From Nitrospinota bacterium (GTDB lineage Bacteria; Nitrospinota; Nitrospinia; Nitrospinales; VA-1): a DNA stretch of 64,000 nt. The notes under the pieces were generated by a model. The model searched no databases. It was not told the DNA's origin and saw only the letters and a program-made list of their open reading frames with translations. The stretch spans positions 70,427-134,426 of the forward strand of contig JAYNIA010000001.1 of the NCBI GenBank assembly GCA_038108555.1, read 5' to 3'. Below are positions 1 to 10,533 of the stretch, piece by piece; positions within the stretch are counted from its first letter, which is position 1; each line of letters starts with the position of its first letter. Both the position numbers and the translations under genes were made by a program.

Positions 1-431
1 GGGAACGTATCGTTTGAAGACTGCCCCATATTCACATGATCGTTGGGATGGACGGGGTCTTTGGAACCAATGGTTCCACCTGCCAGTTCAATGCCCCGAT
101 TGGCAATCACCTCATTGCTGTTCATGTTTGATTGAGTGCCACTACCTGTTTGCCAGACTCGCAAAGGAAAATGGTCATCCAGTTTTCCCTCAATGACTTC
201 ATCAGCTGCTTGAACGATCAAATCTTTTATATTTTCGGGCATCAATCCAAGCTCCGCATTGACCATCGCAGAAGCTTTTTTGAGAACCCCCATTCCCCGG
301 ATGAGTTCCCGAGGCATTGTTTCTGAGCCAATATCAAAATGAATCAATGAACGAGCCGTTTGTGCTCCATAATAACGATTGGCAGGAACCTCGATTTCCC
401 CCATGCTGTCCGTTTCTGTCCGGGTTTCCAT
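1..431 (-). CDS. fumC: Class II fumarate hydratase, 5' part (runs off window start)
   Basis: Not in the ORF track. My minus-strand translation from ATG at 431 gives [28 protein letters not shown]...[25 protein letters not shown]...[18 protein letters not shown], the classic FumC motifs. GAGGAG RBS upstream. Confidence 0.95.
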   Translation of the reverse strand, partial: METRTETDSMGEIEVPANRYYGAQTARSLIHFDIGSETMPRELIRGMGVLKKASAMVNAELGLMPENIKDLIVQAADEVIEGKLDDHFPLRVWQTGSGTQSNMNSNEVIANRGIELAGGTIGSKDPVHPNDHVNMGQSSNDTF

Positions 432-442
432 GTTTCTTCTCC

Positions 443-1363
443 TCAATTTTTAAAATAGTCCGCCGCTTCCGGCATTTCTTCTTCAATATAAACTTTAAAT
501 TTTTTTAATAACCGTTGTTCCGATTGACGCACCGCTTCTCTTGTCACACCTCTTTGATCGCCAATTTCCTGTAGCGATTGCGGTGATTCAGAGAGAATTC
601 TCTTTTCCAGAATTTCAATCTCGCCAGGTTTCAGTTCCGACTTAAATCCTTCAATTTTTTGTGCAAGTATTTCACGGAACTGGTCTATCTCCGCCTTTTT
701 TTCAAGGGACTTGCCATCGCTTAAGGATTGAGCCGGCGTCATGGTACTGTCGGGACGTGTAGGTGTATCCATCGATACATCGACAGCACCGATGCTGGCT
801 TCTACATCTATGATTTCCCCTTCATCAACGCCAAAATGCTCGGCTAATAATTTGGTGGAAGGATCAAACCCCTCGCGTTCCAAACGTTCTTTTTCTTTTT
901 TAAGATTAAACAATAATTTACGTCTTGCATTTGTGGTGCCCACCCGCACGAGCCGCCAGTTATCTAAAAGATATTTCAAAATATAAGATTTTATCCACCA
1001 TGTGGCATATGCAGAAAGACGAACACCCCGGAAAGGGTCAAAATTTTTGACCGCTTTCATTAGCCCGACATTACCTTCCTGAACCAGGTCCATCAGGTTC
1101 TGCCATTCACGCTTGAAAGTCATGGCGATTTTCACAACCAACATCAAATTTGCTGTTGTCAGTTTGTAAGCCGCATCAACATCTCCGGTTTCCTGCAACC
1201 GAATGGCCAGCTCCTTTTCCTCTTCTTCTGAAAGGATGGGATATTTCTTCACCTCCTGAAGGTAGGCTGTGAAGGGATCGGGGGGTGCCAGCGTGCCTTT
1301 TTGCCGCACCGCCGGAACCAGGGATTTTTTCTTCCCCGTAACTTTTTCTGTTTTTTCGCTCAT
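443..1363 (-). CDS. rpoH: RNA polymerase sigma factor, RpoH/sigma-32-like
   Basis: Regions 1.2/2 ([32 protein letters not shown]), RpoH-box-like RRKLLFNLK, region 4 HTH ([18 protein letters not shown]). Confidence 0.8.
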   Translation of the reverse strand: MSEKTEKVTGKKKSLVPAVRQKGTLAPPDPFTAYLQEVKKYPILSEEEEKELAIRLQETGDVDAAYKLTTANLMLVVKIAMTFKREWQNLMDLVQEGNVGLMKAVKNFDPFRGVRLSAYATWWIKSYILKYLLDNWRLVRVGTTNARRKLLFNLKKEKERLEREGFDPSTKLLAEHFGVDEGEIIDVEASIGAVDVSMDTPTRPDSTMTPAQSLSDGKSLEKKAEIDQFREILAQKIEGFKSELKPGEIEILEKRILSESPQSLQEIGDQRGVTREAVRQSEQRLLKKFKVYIEEEMPEAADYFKN

Positions 1364-1442
1364 AAAAATTACTGATTTTCAGCTTAATTTACCGCTTTTT
1401 TCCCAGGTTGAATCTATATCCCTTTATCTTTACAATAAAGAA

Positions 1443-1679
1443 ATGGCCCGTTTAGCATTGTTTGGAATTGCAGTTATTTTTGTCATTCTGGTTGCTCGCC
1501 TGATTTTCCCGAGTTCCAAAGAACCTGGTCCAACGGAAATGGTCCAGGACCCCAATAATGGTGTTTACATTCCTAAATCGGAAGCGATTAAAAAAATAAT
1601 CAATGGTAAAGAATACTTTTTCTCAAACGAACAAAGTGCCGAAGAATTTATTAGAAAAAATCAAAATAAAGCAAATTGA
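1443..1679 (+). CDS. Small membrane-anchored YHS/TRASH-like protein
   Basis: ATG at 1443; hydrophobic N-terminus, then MVQDPNNGVYIP...GKEYFFSNEQSAEEF, a YHS-like pattern without cysteines. Confidence 0.65.
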   Translation: MARLALFGIAVIFVILVARLIFPSSKEPGPTEMVQDPNNGVYIPKSEAIKKIINGKEYFFSNEQSAEEFIRKNQNKAN

Positions 1680-1784
1680 CCACAGCCAATTCGAAAAATT
1701 AGTTTACTGATATTCATCGTCTTGTAATTAACCCCTGCTATTATAGCAAAGGATTTAACATAAACCGGAGAAACAGGCCATTCA

Positions 1785-2369
1785 ATGAAACGAAATAAAA
1801 ATACGGTAAATTTGACGTTAAGCCACAAAAGAATAGTACGGATTTTTGGCATCCTGATAGCGCTGGGATTGTTTTTCAGCAGCCCCGCCCATGCAGAAGA
1901 AAAATGCCAGCCTTTGGACAAAAAGAAAATCAAAATTGAGGGCTATATCTCGAAAAAATTTCGCAAACAGCGAAGAGCCATATTCAAAGAATTTGCCGAA
2001 CTGGGAAATTCCAAATCCGTTCTCAGGGTCTATCCCATGGGAGAAACTTCCAAAGTAATAGCCATTGGAAAATGTGTGCCCGTACATATTGCTCAACACG
2101 TAATAAAAAAGGCAATGAAGTACAGCACCGGGGTTGAAAGCCTGGTTCAGCAACAATTTGTCCATGGGCATTGGATTGGTGTGGGCGTCACCATTTTTGA
2201 TGAACCTTCCCAACAGGTGGTCAATGCAGAACAGGTGAGTCAGTTGCTCAATCCCGAACTGTCCAGCGAAGATTTTCATAAACTCTACCGGAAACTGTCT
2301 GTCCCTAATGAGCTGACACCTTTTTTCGGATTGCAGGTTCCAAATATTAAAACGGCACAACCTGAGTAG
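1785..2369 (+). CDS. Exported hypothetical protein (paralogue 1)
   Basis: Signal peptide ending SPAHA; clearly similar to 2409..2942 (EFAELGN, IAIGKCVP, HWIGVG). Confidence 0.75.
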   Translation: MKRNKNTVNLTLSHKRIVRIFGILIALGLFFSSPAHAEEKCQPLDKKKIKIEGYISKKFRKQRRAIFKEFAELGNSKSVLRVYPMGETSKVIAIGKCVPVHIAQHVIKKAMKYSTGVESLVQQQFVHGHWIGVGVTIFDEPSQQVVNAEQVSQLLNPELSSEDFHKLYRKLSVPNELTPFFGLQVPNIKTAQPE

Positions 2370-2408
2370 TTTCATTCATCCCAGGTTAAAAAAAACAGGG
2401 GGTTCGAA

Positions 2409-2942
2409 ATGAGATTAAAAATATTTTTTGCATTGCTGATTTTTTTATCATCACCCATCTATGGACACGCAAAAGAAGAATGTCTTTCCGAAAGCCAGAA
2501 GCCTGTAAAGGTCGAGGCCTGGATCTCAAAAAAATACGAGAAAAACTACCGGAACATCCGCAATGAGTTCGCGGAAATGGGAAACACTAAGGTGGGTCTT
2601 TTTGTTTACCCTGCAGAAAACCCGTCCCGGGTCGTGGCCATTGGCCGGTGTGTACCCGCATATATGGCACAGCATTTCATCAGGAAAGCCTGGAAATATT
2701 CGCTAGGCACTACCCATCTGGTGCACCAGGGATTCGTTTCATCACACTGGGCAGGAGTCGGGACCTCTTTGTTTTCAGAAAATTCGATGAGTGCGATCTC
2801 ACCACAACAACTCAATGAGTTGATGGATGAAACTTTGAATACAGAGTCCTTCCAAAAAATGTACCGGGATCTGACCGTGCAAAAAGAAAAAGTTTCCGCT
2901 TTTGGTCTGATGCTGGATAACCCCAAACTAATCCAAAATTAA
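2409..2942 (+). CDS. Exported hypothetical protein (paralogue 2)
   Basis: Signal peptide ending YGHA; shares EFAEMGN, VAIGRCVP, HWAGVG with the upstream gene. Confidence 0.8.
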   Translation: MRLKIFFALLIFLSSPIYGHAKEECLSESQKPVKVEAWISKKYEKNYRNIRNEFAEMGNTKVGLFVYPAENPSRVVAIGRCVPAYMAQHFIRKAWKYSLGTTHLVHQGFVSSHWAGVGTSLFSENSMSAISPQQLNELMDETLNTESFQKMYRDLTVQKEKVSAFGLMLDNPKLIQN

Positions 2943-2990
2943 TTCAAAACGTGACGATCCACGAATTTTTGCCTCCCCTGCAAGGGGTGC

Positions 2991-3419
2991 CTAATGGTCG
3001 CGGCGGACGAGGCGAACAGCGTGAGAAATTGTTTTGTCGTTTTTTTCGTACCAATAAGGGCAACCGTTTGCATAAAACAGAATTTGCGCTTCCTTTCCAC
3101 GTGTTGAGGAAGTCCAGGTGCAGTTTGCTGCTCCGGGAGGAAATACCGAATCCAGAAAAATATCTCCGCCCTTGGAATCCTTATTTAGTTTTTCCTTATC
3201 GAAAATTGAAGAAGCCTCTTGGATGGTCGGTATCCGCCAATCGCTGTACCCCCCCACCTTTTTTTCATTGATTTGTTTTGCAAACTCCTCGGCTTCCGAA
3301 TAGGAAACTTCTTTTTCCAATTCTAAAAACGAGTCATTCGCCATCCAGGTCACACTGGTTACAGAGTCATATATTGTTCCATCATCTCTTTTTAAGAAAC
3401 GCGATTTTTCGTTACCCAT
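2991..3419 (-). CDS. DUF1566 (Lcl C-terminal-like) domain protein
   Basis: DDGTIYDSVTSVTW, GGYSDWRIPTIQE, WTSS and VRLVR motifs. Confidence 0.8.
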   Translation of the reverse strand: MGNEKSRFLKRDDGTIYDSVTSVTWMANDSFLELEKEVSYSEAEEFAKQINEKKVGGYSDWRIPTIQEASSIFDKEKLNKDSKGGDIFLDSVFPPGAANCTWTSSTRGKEAQILFYANGCPYWYEKNDKTISHAVRLVRRDH

Positions 3420-3532
3420 ATTTTCCTTTCAATAAAACATCAGACCGAAACTTCCGGCCAGGGATTAGCTTTAATATGATGTGATATTTTAACCCATCGA
3501 GGTTTTATTTTAAACCATGTAGAGAAACAGCC

Positions 3533-4321
3533 TTAACGGTATAGTTCCGGGCGACGATCTTTAAAAATATCGTTTTTCGAGTTGAGAAATTTTTCCCGGG
3601 CCTTTTGTATATCAATTTCAACGATATGCACCTCTTCCCCGGTTTCTGAGGCACGAACCAGAATATTGCCATCGGGACCGACCACCTGGCTCTGCCCTAT
3701 AAAATGAAGGGTTTCATTTTCGATTCGATTTTCATCCCCAACACGATCTGCAGTTATTGCAAATATCCGGTTTTCCAGACAACGGGTGATCATAGCTTGC
3801 GGGCAATGGGGTAAAACCAGATTGGAGGGATGCGCGATGATCTCCGCCCCTTTTAAAGCCAGTGATCGGGCGGTTTCAGGAAACCGCCAATCGAAACAAA
3901 TCATCACACCGACTTTTACTCCATCCAGATCAAAAACAGGAGGCGCTGCCCTACCCGTATGAAAGCAGGTTTTTTCGGTATCAAACAAATGGATTTTTCG
4001 ATAACGACCGATAAACCCTTGAGGCCCAACAATAACAGAAGAATTGTAAATTCGATCTTCCTCTATTTCGACTAGGCCCGCTATAAAATGTGCGTTTAAT
4101 TTTTTGGCAAGAGAAAAAAGAAAGCTGGTGGTCATGCCACCGGGAACAAGCTCTGCATATTGATGAGCCTCTTCCATATTTTTGAATCGGTAACCGGTGG
4201 AGAAAAGTTCCGGCAAGACAATCAAGTCCGCAGATTTTCCTGAAAGCAATTCCTCAACGCGATCCAGATTGGCCTGAACATTTCCGAATTCAGGATGGTT
4301 TTGAACAAATCCAACTTTCAT
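3533..4321 (-). CDS. Carbon-nitrogen hydrolase (nitrilase superfamily)
   Basis: Glu-Lys-Cys triad contexts: VLPELF, YRKIHLF, ICFDWRFPE. Confidence 0.9.
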   Translation of the reverse strand: MKVGFVQNHPEFGNVQANLDRVEELLSGKSADLIVLPELFSTGYRFKNMEEAHQYAELVPGGMTTSFLFSLAKKLNAHFIAGLVEIEEDRIYNSSVIVGPQGFIGRYRKIHLFDTEKTCFHTGRAAPPVFDLDGVKVGVMICFDWRFPETARSLALKGAEIIAHPSNLVLPHCPQAMITRCLENRIFAITADRVGDENRIENETLHFIGQSQVVGPDGNILVRASETGEEVHIVEIDIQKAREKFLNSKNDIFKDRRPELYR

Positions 4322-4428
4322 AGCAAACCCCTTACAGGGGAGGAAAAATAGGCGTAACTAAAGTTAAAGGCTAATAGTTCTCTTTAAGCTTTATGGGAAT
4401 TGACCCTTTGAGTCCAGCGTCACGCTGG

Positions 4429-5496
4429 TTAGAGTTTGGAAAATTTTGTTCTATATAAATGGTCGATCAGGGTAATTGCTACCATGGCTTCTGCGATGGG
4501 AACAGCCCGGGGAGCAACGCAGGGATCATGCCGACCCTCAACCCGAATTTCCGCCTTTTTACCCTTTGTGGTAACTGTTTCCTGGGCTTTATTTATTGAG
4601 GAGGTTGGTTTGACAACGAGTTTAACCACGATATCCATCCCATTCGAAATCCCTCCTAAAATGCCACCGGCATTATTGGTTTCCGTGGCCACCTTTTTAT
4701 TCTTCATAACAAAAACATCATTGCATTCCGAACCAGTCATGGTGGCGGATTTGAATCCGGCTCCAATTTCGACGCCTTTAACTGCAGGAATGCACATCAC
4801 GGCTTTTGCAAGATCTGCATCCAATCGATCGAAAACCGGTTCTCCCAATCCGGCTGGAACCCCCTGGGCAACGACTTCGACAATTCCGCCTAAAGAATCT
4901 CCTTTTTTACGAGCCCGCATAATGGCATTGATCATTTTGTCCGCGATTTTAGCATCGGGACAACGCACGATATTGTTCTCTATCTCTTCATAATCAATCT
5001 CTTGTGCAACATGTTTAGCAACCTGGCGAGTGAAACCAATGATTTTTATCTTTTCCCGGGCCAGAAGTTTTTTTGCTATTGCACCTGCCGCTACCCGACC
5101 TACGGTTTCCCGCGCGCTGGATCTTCCCCCTCCTCGATAGTCCCTGAATCCATACTTCATATCGTAGGTATAGTCTGCGTGACCGGGGCGGTACATATCT
5201 TTAATCAGTTCATATTTTGAAGAATCGGCATCTTCATTTTCTACTAAAAGTGAAATGGGGGTGCCGGTAGTTTTGCCATTAAACACCCCGGACATAATTT
5301 GGATCTGGTCGCCTTCTTTCCGAGTGGTAGTAACTTTGCTTTGTCCTGTTCTACGACGATTAAGCTCCAACTGAATTTCAGATTCCTTGATTGGCAATCC
5401 AGCCGGGCAGCCTTCAATAACCACACCCAGCCCCCGTCCATGTGATTCACCCCAAGTGGTTATTTTAAAGATTTTTCCGAAAGAGCTGCCTGACAT
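4429..5496 (-). CDS. aroC: Chorismate synthase
   Basis: TTWGESHG, RPGHAD, GGGRSSARET and GRHDPCV signatures. Confidence 0.97.
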   Translation of the reverse strand: MSGSSFGKIFKITTWGESHGRGLGVVIEGCPAGLPIKESEIQLELNRRRTGQSKVTTTRKEGDQIQIMSGVFNGKTTGTPISLLVENEDADSSKYELIKDMYRPGHADYTYDMKYGFRDYRGGGRSSARETVGRVAAGAIAKKLLAREKIKIIGFTRQVAKHVAQEIDYEEIENNIVRCPDAKIADKMINAIMRARKKGDSLGGIVEVVAQGVPAGLGEPVFDRLDADLAKAVMCIPAVKGVEIGAGFKSATMTGSECNDVFVMKNKKVATETNNAGGILGGISNGMDIVVKLVVKPTSSINKAQETVTTKGKKAEIRVEGRHDPCVAPRAVPIAEAMVAITLIDHLYRTKFSKL

Positions 5497-5689
5497 AAGC
5501 TTTTGAAATGGATAAAGTTAAATTGTAGGGAAAACTTACAGCCGAGTGTAAGCGTTTGTTTCAAAGGGGGTTATTCTAACCGCTTGAAATATAGAAACTA
5601 ATTAGTCTATCGATTAAAAGGGGGGATTTTTTTTGGTTGTTACTTACGGGCAAAACAGGAAGGGTTTAAAAGGGATCAAGAAGTCTTTA

Positions 5690-6001
5690 TCAAGACTCCT
5701 GATTCTCTTTTGCCTCTTGCGCCTCTTTCTCGTCAACCAATTCCCTCAGTTCTTTTCCCGCTTTGAAAAATGGAACTTTTTTCGAGGGAACATCCACTTT
5801 CTGTCCGGATTTGGGGTTTCGACCTACTCTTGCATTTCTTTGCCTGATTCGAAAACTGCCAAACCCTCTTAACTCAACTTTTTTTCCTTCAGCCAACGAA
5901 TCGGTAATACTGGAGAAAACAGTATTAACTACAACTTCTGTTTGTTTTTTGGTCAAATGGATTTGGTTGGCTACTTTTTCTACAAGTTCTGCTTTGGTCA
6001 T
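5690..6001 (-). CDS. ihfB: Integration host factor beta / HU family protein
   Basis: MTKAELVE..., VELRGFGSF, GRNPKSG, PFFKAGKELRE; position after rpsA-sppA is typical of ihfB. Confidence 0.85.
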   Translation of the reverse strand: MTKAELVEKVANQIHLTKKQTEVVVNTVFSSITDSLAEGKKVELRGFGSFRIRQRNARVGRNPKSGQKVDVPSKKVPFFKAGKELRELVDEKEAQEAKENQES

Positions 6002-6245
6002 TTAAAAGTCTCCCCCCCCCGGATCAACAATTTTAATGATACTGAAAATCGGATTTGGGGAAGTATAGCATTAGCGGTAATTAAGTCAAGCCCTTTATTT
6101 TAATCGAGTTAAGAAGATTTTGAGGTGCCGGGATCTTTGAAAATAATGAAATTGACAACTCCATTTTTCCTGGATGAATGAATAAAAAATGGTTCAGCCC
6201 CTCTTGAGCTATATGCGCCAGAAACCCGTTAACCCATTGATTTTA

Positions 6246-7112
6246 TTAGGGCAGCCAGAGGTATTGCAACCGGGGGCCGGAAGCAGGAAGGATGGATTCA
6301 GTAAGGTTTTTTGAAACAACACTTTGCATTAACCAATCCATAAAAGGGACTTCTTCTTTTTCCTCAAGAACACTGGGATATCCTACAATGCCAATTTTTT
6401 GGCCAAGAATTTCTTTAGTTTTTTCCAGTCCACCGAATTCATCGATCAATTTATAGTCCAGGGCCTGCTTTCCGGTCATTACTCTTCCATCTGCAAACAG
6501 CCGCACTTTTTCCTCGGGTAAATTTCTACCCTTGGAAACCGCTTCTACGAACTGTTGGTGCACATCATCTACCACGTTTTGCAACAGCTTACGTTCTTCA
6601 GGATTAAGCGACCGGAGAGGCGAACCGGAATCTTTAAAAGCCCCGCTTTTAATTACCGCAGGTTTTACTCCGACTTTCTTTGCAAGCTCCTCCATATTGT
6701 TAAAAGCCATGATGGCACCTATGCTTCCTGTCAAAGTACCTGGATTGGCAAGAACATAATCCGCTGCACAGGCAATATAATATCCACCGGATGCAGCAAC
6801 AGTGCCCAGAGAAGCATAAACAATTTTGTTTGCTTCTTTTACTTTATATATTTCATCGTGGATTTCCTGTGCAGGTGCAACCGCGCCTCCCGGAGAATCT
6901 ATCCTAACAATAATGGCTTTAATTTTTTCATCCCGCCGGTATTTTGAGAGCTGGCGAACAACCTCTGAGGAATCCATCAGCATGCCATTTACATTTACCA
7001 GGGCAATTTCGCTGTTTGAGGTTTTTAAACGGTTCTGCATTAAGCCCCCCATAACCGAGGCCGCAAAAAAGAACGCGATAATGCCCAATGTCCATTTAAA
7101 TAATTTTTTCAA
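6246..7112 (-). CDS. sppA: Signal peptide peptidase SppA (S49 family)
   Basis: RIDSPGG, AASGGYYIA, TGSIG motifs; TTG start. Confidence 0.92.
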   Translation of the reverse strand: MKKLFKWTLGIIAFFFAASVMGGLMQNRLKTSNSEIALVNVNGMLMDSSEVVRQLSKYRRDEKIKAIIVRIDSPGGAVAPAQEIHDEIYKVKEANKIVYASLGTVAASGGYYIACAADYVLANPGTLTGSIGAIMAFNNMEELAKKVGVKPAVIKSGAFKDSGSPLRSLNPEERKLLQNVVDDVHQQFVEAVSKGRNLPEEKVRLFADGRVMTGKQALDYKLIDEFGGLEKTKEILGQKIGIVGYPSVLEEKEEVPFMDWLMQSVVSKNLTESILPASGPRLQYLWLP

Positions 7113-7262
7113 AATTGTCCCTTTTAACTAACGAAGTCCCATTTTTGGAAAAAGCTCGCGACAAAAACGAAAGGGAGCATTAAAAGGCAACCCTCCTTAG
7201 AAAGGGAGAGGGGAATTTAACCTTTTTGGTAGCAGGCAAAATTCGCCTCCCTTTCAAGAGAG

Positions 7263-8963
7263 TTACTCCTCTTTAAACACTTCCATATCTACCTGTTCCT
7301 TTTCAATTTGCGAGAGGTCCAGGTTTTCTTCATGCGCTTTAATACTTAACGCAATCTTTTTGTTATTGATATCTACCTTGATCACCTTTGCCTTGATTTC
7401 ATCATCCACTTTCACAGCTTCTTCAGGTTCGGTGATATTTTTGGAACTCAATTGCGAAACATGGATAAGGCCTTCCAGGCCATCACCAAACTCCGCAAAA
7501 GCACCAAAGGTTGTCACTTTGATAATTTTACCGCTAACTTCTGTTCCAATTGGGTAGTTTCCGGCAATTTCATCCCATGGATCCGGAAGCAATTGTTTTA
7601 CACCCAGGGATATTCGACAGTTTTCCTTATCAATACTGAGAACGGCAGAAGCAATTTTATCTTTCTTTTTCAACACCTCTGATGGATGTTTGATTTTCTT
7701 CCAACTCAAATCAGAGATATGAATCAATCCGTCCACACCATCTTCCAGTTCAACAAACGCACCAAATTCGGTCAGGTTTCTAACGGTACCCTCGACTTCA
7801 GTACCTATGGGATATTTATCTTCAATTTTATCCCATGGATTAGGTTCGATTTGCTTCATTCCCAGAGAGATTCGTTTCTTCTCTTTATCCAGCGTCAAAA
7901 CAAGAGCTTCGACTTCATCGCCAATCGCAACCATTTTGCTTGGATGTTTGACATGACGGCTCCAGCTCATTTCTGAAATATGGACAAGACCTTCGATTCC
8001 CTTTTCAAGTTCAACAAACACACCATAGTCCGTAATGCTGACGACTTTACCCTTGATTTTTGTTTCAACGGGGAATTTGGAATCCACATCCACCCAGGGA
8101 TCAGGACTGGTTTGTTTGAGACCCAGAGAAACCCGTTCTTTGTCTTTGTCATATTTCAAGACCATAACCGTTACCTTGTCTCCAATCGAAAACATTTCGG
8201 AAGGATGATTGACCCGGCCCCAGGACATATCCGTGATGTGTAGCAATCCATCAATTCCGCCCAGGTCAATAAAGACTCCGTATTCGGTAATGTTTTTAAC
8301 AATACCCTCGATGAGGTTTCCTTCACCCATTTTCTCAAGAGTGCCCGTGCGGATTTGTTTGCGCTGTTCTTCGAGAAGAATTCTGCGAGAGAGAACAATG
8401 TTGCCGCGCTTTTTATTCATTTTGATAATTTTCATATCAAATTTTTCGCCAATCAGTTTTTCCAGATTGCGAATGGGGCGGAGGTCGATTTGCGATCCCG
8501 GCAAAAATGCTTTGAGTCCGATATCCACAGTGAGTCCGCCTTTGGCTTTGGCGATAACCGTTCCCTGGATGATTTCATCAGCTTCATAGGTTTTAACCAG
8601 ATCATCCCAGATTTTAATTTTATTTGCTTTCTCCTTGGAAAGAACGACATTGCCATCATTGTCTTCGACTTTTTCCAGAAAAACTTCCACTTCGTCATCA
8701 ATCTGCAAATCTTTTCCGTTTTCAGGAAACTCGGAGAGAGAAACCAGTCCTTCTGATTTAAAGCCAACATCAACGGTTACGAGTCCTTTTGAAATGGCAA
8801 TCACCTTTCCCATAATGATCTGGGAAGCCTTGAACCTGCCAAGGCTTTCATTGAAATAGGATTCCATTTCCTTGTAGCTGGCTTCTTCATTGGGGGTCAG
8901 TTCTTCCAACTCCGCCTTATCGTCCTCGTTCATTTTTTCTAATAACTCTTTGGGTATTTTCAT
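7263..8963 (-). CDS. rpsA: 30S ribosomal protein S1
   Basis: Repeated S1 domains (GVFIDLGGIDGLLHITDMSW, GIEGLVHISEMSW). Confidence 0.97.
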   Translation of the reverse strand: MKIPKELLEKMNEDDKAELEELTPNEEASYKEMESYFNESLGRFKASQIIMGKVIAISKGLVTVDVGFKSEGLVSLSEFPENGKDLQIDDEVEVFLEKVEDNDGNVVLSKEKANKIKIWDDLVKTYEADEIIQGTVIAKAKGGLTVDIGLKAFLPGSQIDLRPIRNLEKLIGEKFDMKIIKMNKKRGNIVLSRRILLEEQRKQIRTGTLEKMGEGNLIEGIVKNITEYGVFIDLGGIDGLLHITDMSWGRVNHPSEMFSIGDKVTVMVLKYDKDKERVSLGLKQTSPDPWVDVDSKFPVETKIKGKVVSITDYGVFVELEKGIEGLVHISEMSWSRHVKHPSKMVAIGDEVEALVLTLDKEKKRISLGMKQIEPNPWDKIEDKYPIGTEVEGTVRNLTEFGAFVELEDGVDGLIHISDLSWKKIKHPSEVLKKKDKIASAVLSIDKENCRISLGVKQLLPDPWDEIAGNYPIGTEVSGKIIKVTTFGAFAEFGDGLEGLIHVSQLSSKNITEPEEAVKVDDEIKAKVIKVDINNKKIALSIKAHEENLDLSQIEKEQVDMEVFKEE

Positions 8964-9005
8964 GACCTGCTGATTCTCACTTTCTAAAGGGTTGTTTAAA
9001 TATGA

Positions 9006-9665
9006 TTAACTTTTTTGTTTTATATGTTCCATAACCTGATCAATGACTTCTTCAATCGTAAATTTGGTGGTATCAACTTCAATGGCATCTTCTGCCGGAC
9101 GAAGCGGTGAGATAGTACGCGTTTTATCTTCGTGATCTCTTTGCTTTATCTCGGCTATGATGTTTTCCAAATCCACATCCATATTTTTTTCTTTTAGCTC
9201 CAGATATCGCCTTTTGCCGCGCTCTTCCGCATCAGCATCCATAAAAAATTTCAACTCGGCATTCGGAAACACTTTGGTACCAATGTCGCGTCCATCCATC
9301 ACAATGTTGCCGGACTGACCTATTTCCTGCTGCTTTGCAACCAGGATTTCACGGACCCTTTTTTGTGCAGCAACTTTTGCAGCACCTCGCCCCACCACCT
9401 CATTTTTTAAAAGCCCCGTGGCATTTTCCCCATTGACCCTTATTTGCTGGCCTGAAGGATCCGCTACAAATTCAATTTTCAATTGTTCCGCCCATTGACC
9501 GATCGCCGTTTCATCATCCAGATCAAGGCCCTTGTTGTTTGCAGACCAGGCAACCGCCCGATACATGGCACCGGTATCGATATAGCGGTAGTTCAAATTC
9601 TTGGCTATAAATTTTGCAATCGTGCTTTTACCGCTGCCTGCCGGCCCATCAATGGCAATGATCAT
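9006..9665 (-). CDS. cmk: Cytidylate kinase
   Basis: IAIDGPAGSGKST, DTGAMYR, DGRDIGT. Confidence 0.96.
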   Translation of the reverse strand: MIIAIDGPAGSGKSTIAKFIAKNLNYRYIDTGAMYRAVAWSANNKGLDLDDETAIGQWAEQLKIEFVADPSGQQIRVNGENATGLLKNEVVGRGAAKVAAQKRVREILVAKQQEIGQSGNIVMDGRDIGTKVFPNAELKFFMDADAEERGKRRYLELKEKNMDVDLENIIAEIKQRDHEDKTRTISPLRPAEDAIEVDTTKFTIEEVIDQVMEHIKQKS

Positions 9666-9669
9666 GAAT

Positions 9670-10533
9670 TCAGATTACCTTCATCCGGTATTTATTAGCG
9701 GCGGCAAACGCTTCTTCCAAAGCCTGCCCGTCTTTTTTTTCAATGACACTGCGTAATTCACTCAGGGTATCCTGGAAACGATCTATTAAATCCAGTGAAT
9801 GCACCTGGTTGGAAAGGCAGATATCCCGCCACATCACGGGGTCTCCGGATGCGATACGAGTGATATCTTTTAATCCTGCTCCCGAGTAGGCCGTCACTTC
9901 ATGATTCTGTTTGGTGCGCAAGGCCCCCAGAGTATTCATCAAGGCATAAGCAACAATATGGGGCAAATGGCTTACGGCACCGAAAACAAAATCATGCTCG
10001 TCTGCATCAAGTGTCAGCGTGTCCATCCCCACCGATTCCCACAGCGCACCTACTTTTTCCAATGCCTGCGTATCGGTTTTTGGCGTTGGAGTTAGAATAC
10101 ATTTAGCGTCGACATACAAATCTTCCCTTGACGCTTCCAGCCCCGATTTTTCTCCCCCGGCAATGGGATGTGAGCCTACAAAATAAATTCCTTCCGGCAT
10201 CAGATCATCTGCCTGGTGCACCAGGGGTCCTTTAACTGAACCCACATCGGTTATCACCGCTCCCTGTTTTAAATGGGGAAGCAAGTCCTCTATCAAAGGG
10301 ACAATTCTGGAAACGGGAGTACAAAGGACGACCAGATCCACATCCTTTACAGATTCAGTTAAATCGGCGGCACCCCGATCAATAATGCCGAGGGATTTAG
10401 CCTTTTCAAGATTCTCCTGACTGCGGCCAAACCCTATAATTTCTCCGACAAGATTGTATTTCTTACATGCCTTTGCCAAAGAGGCTCCCAAAAGTCCAAC
10501 CCCAATGATGGTCATCTTTTCAAATAACTTCAT
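9670..10533 (-). CDS. tyrA: Prephenate/arogenate dehydrogenase
   Basis: GVGLLGAS, TDVGSVK, GSHPIAG, SHLPH, DITRIA. Confidence 0.93.
   Translation of the reverse strand: MKLFEKMTIIGVGLLGASLAKACKKYNLVGEIIGFGRSQENLEKAKSLGIIDRGAADLTESVKDVDLVVLCTPVSRIVPLIEDLLPHLKQGAVITDVGSVKGPLVHQADDLMPEGIYFVGSHPIAGGEKSGLEASREDLYVDAKCILTPTPKTDTQALEKVGALWESVGMDTLTLDADEHDFVFGAVSHLPHIVAYALMNTLGALRTKQNHEVTAYSGAGLKDITRIASGDPVMWRDICLSNQVHSLDLIDRFQDTLSELRSVIEKKDGQALEEAFAAANKYRMKVI

Noticed and set aside
14..508. Short plus-strand ORFs at the window start
   Set aside because: Antisense shadows of fumC and the sigma factor 3' end.
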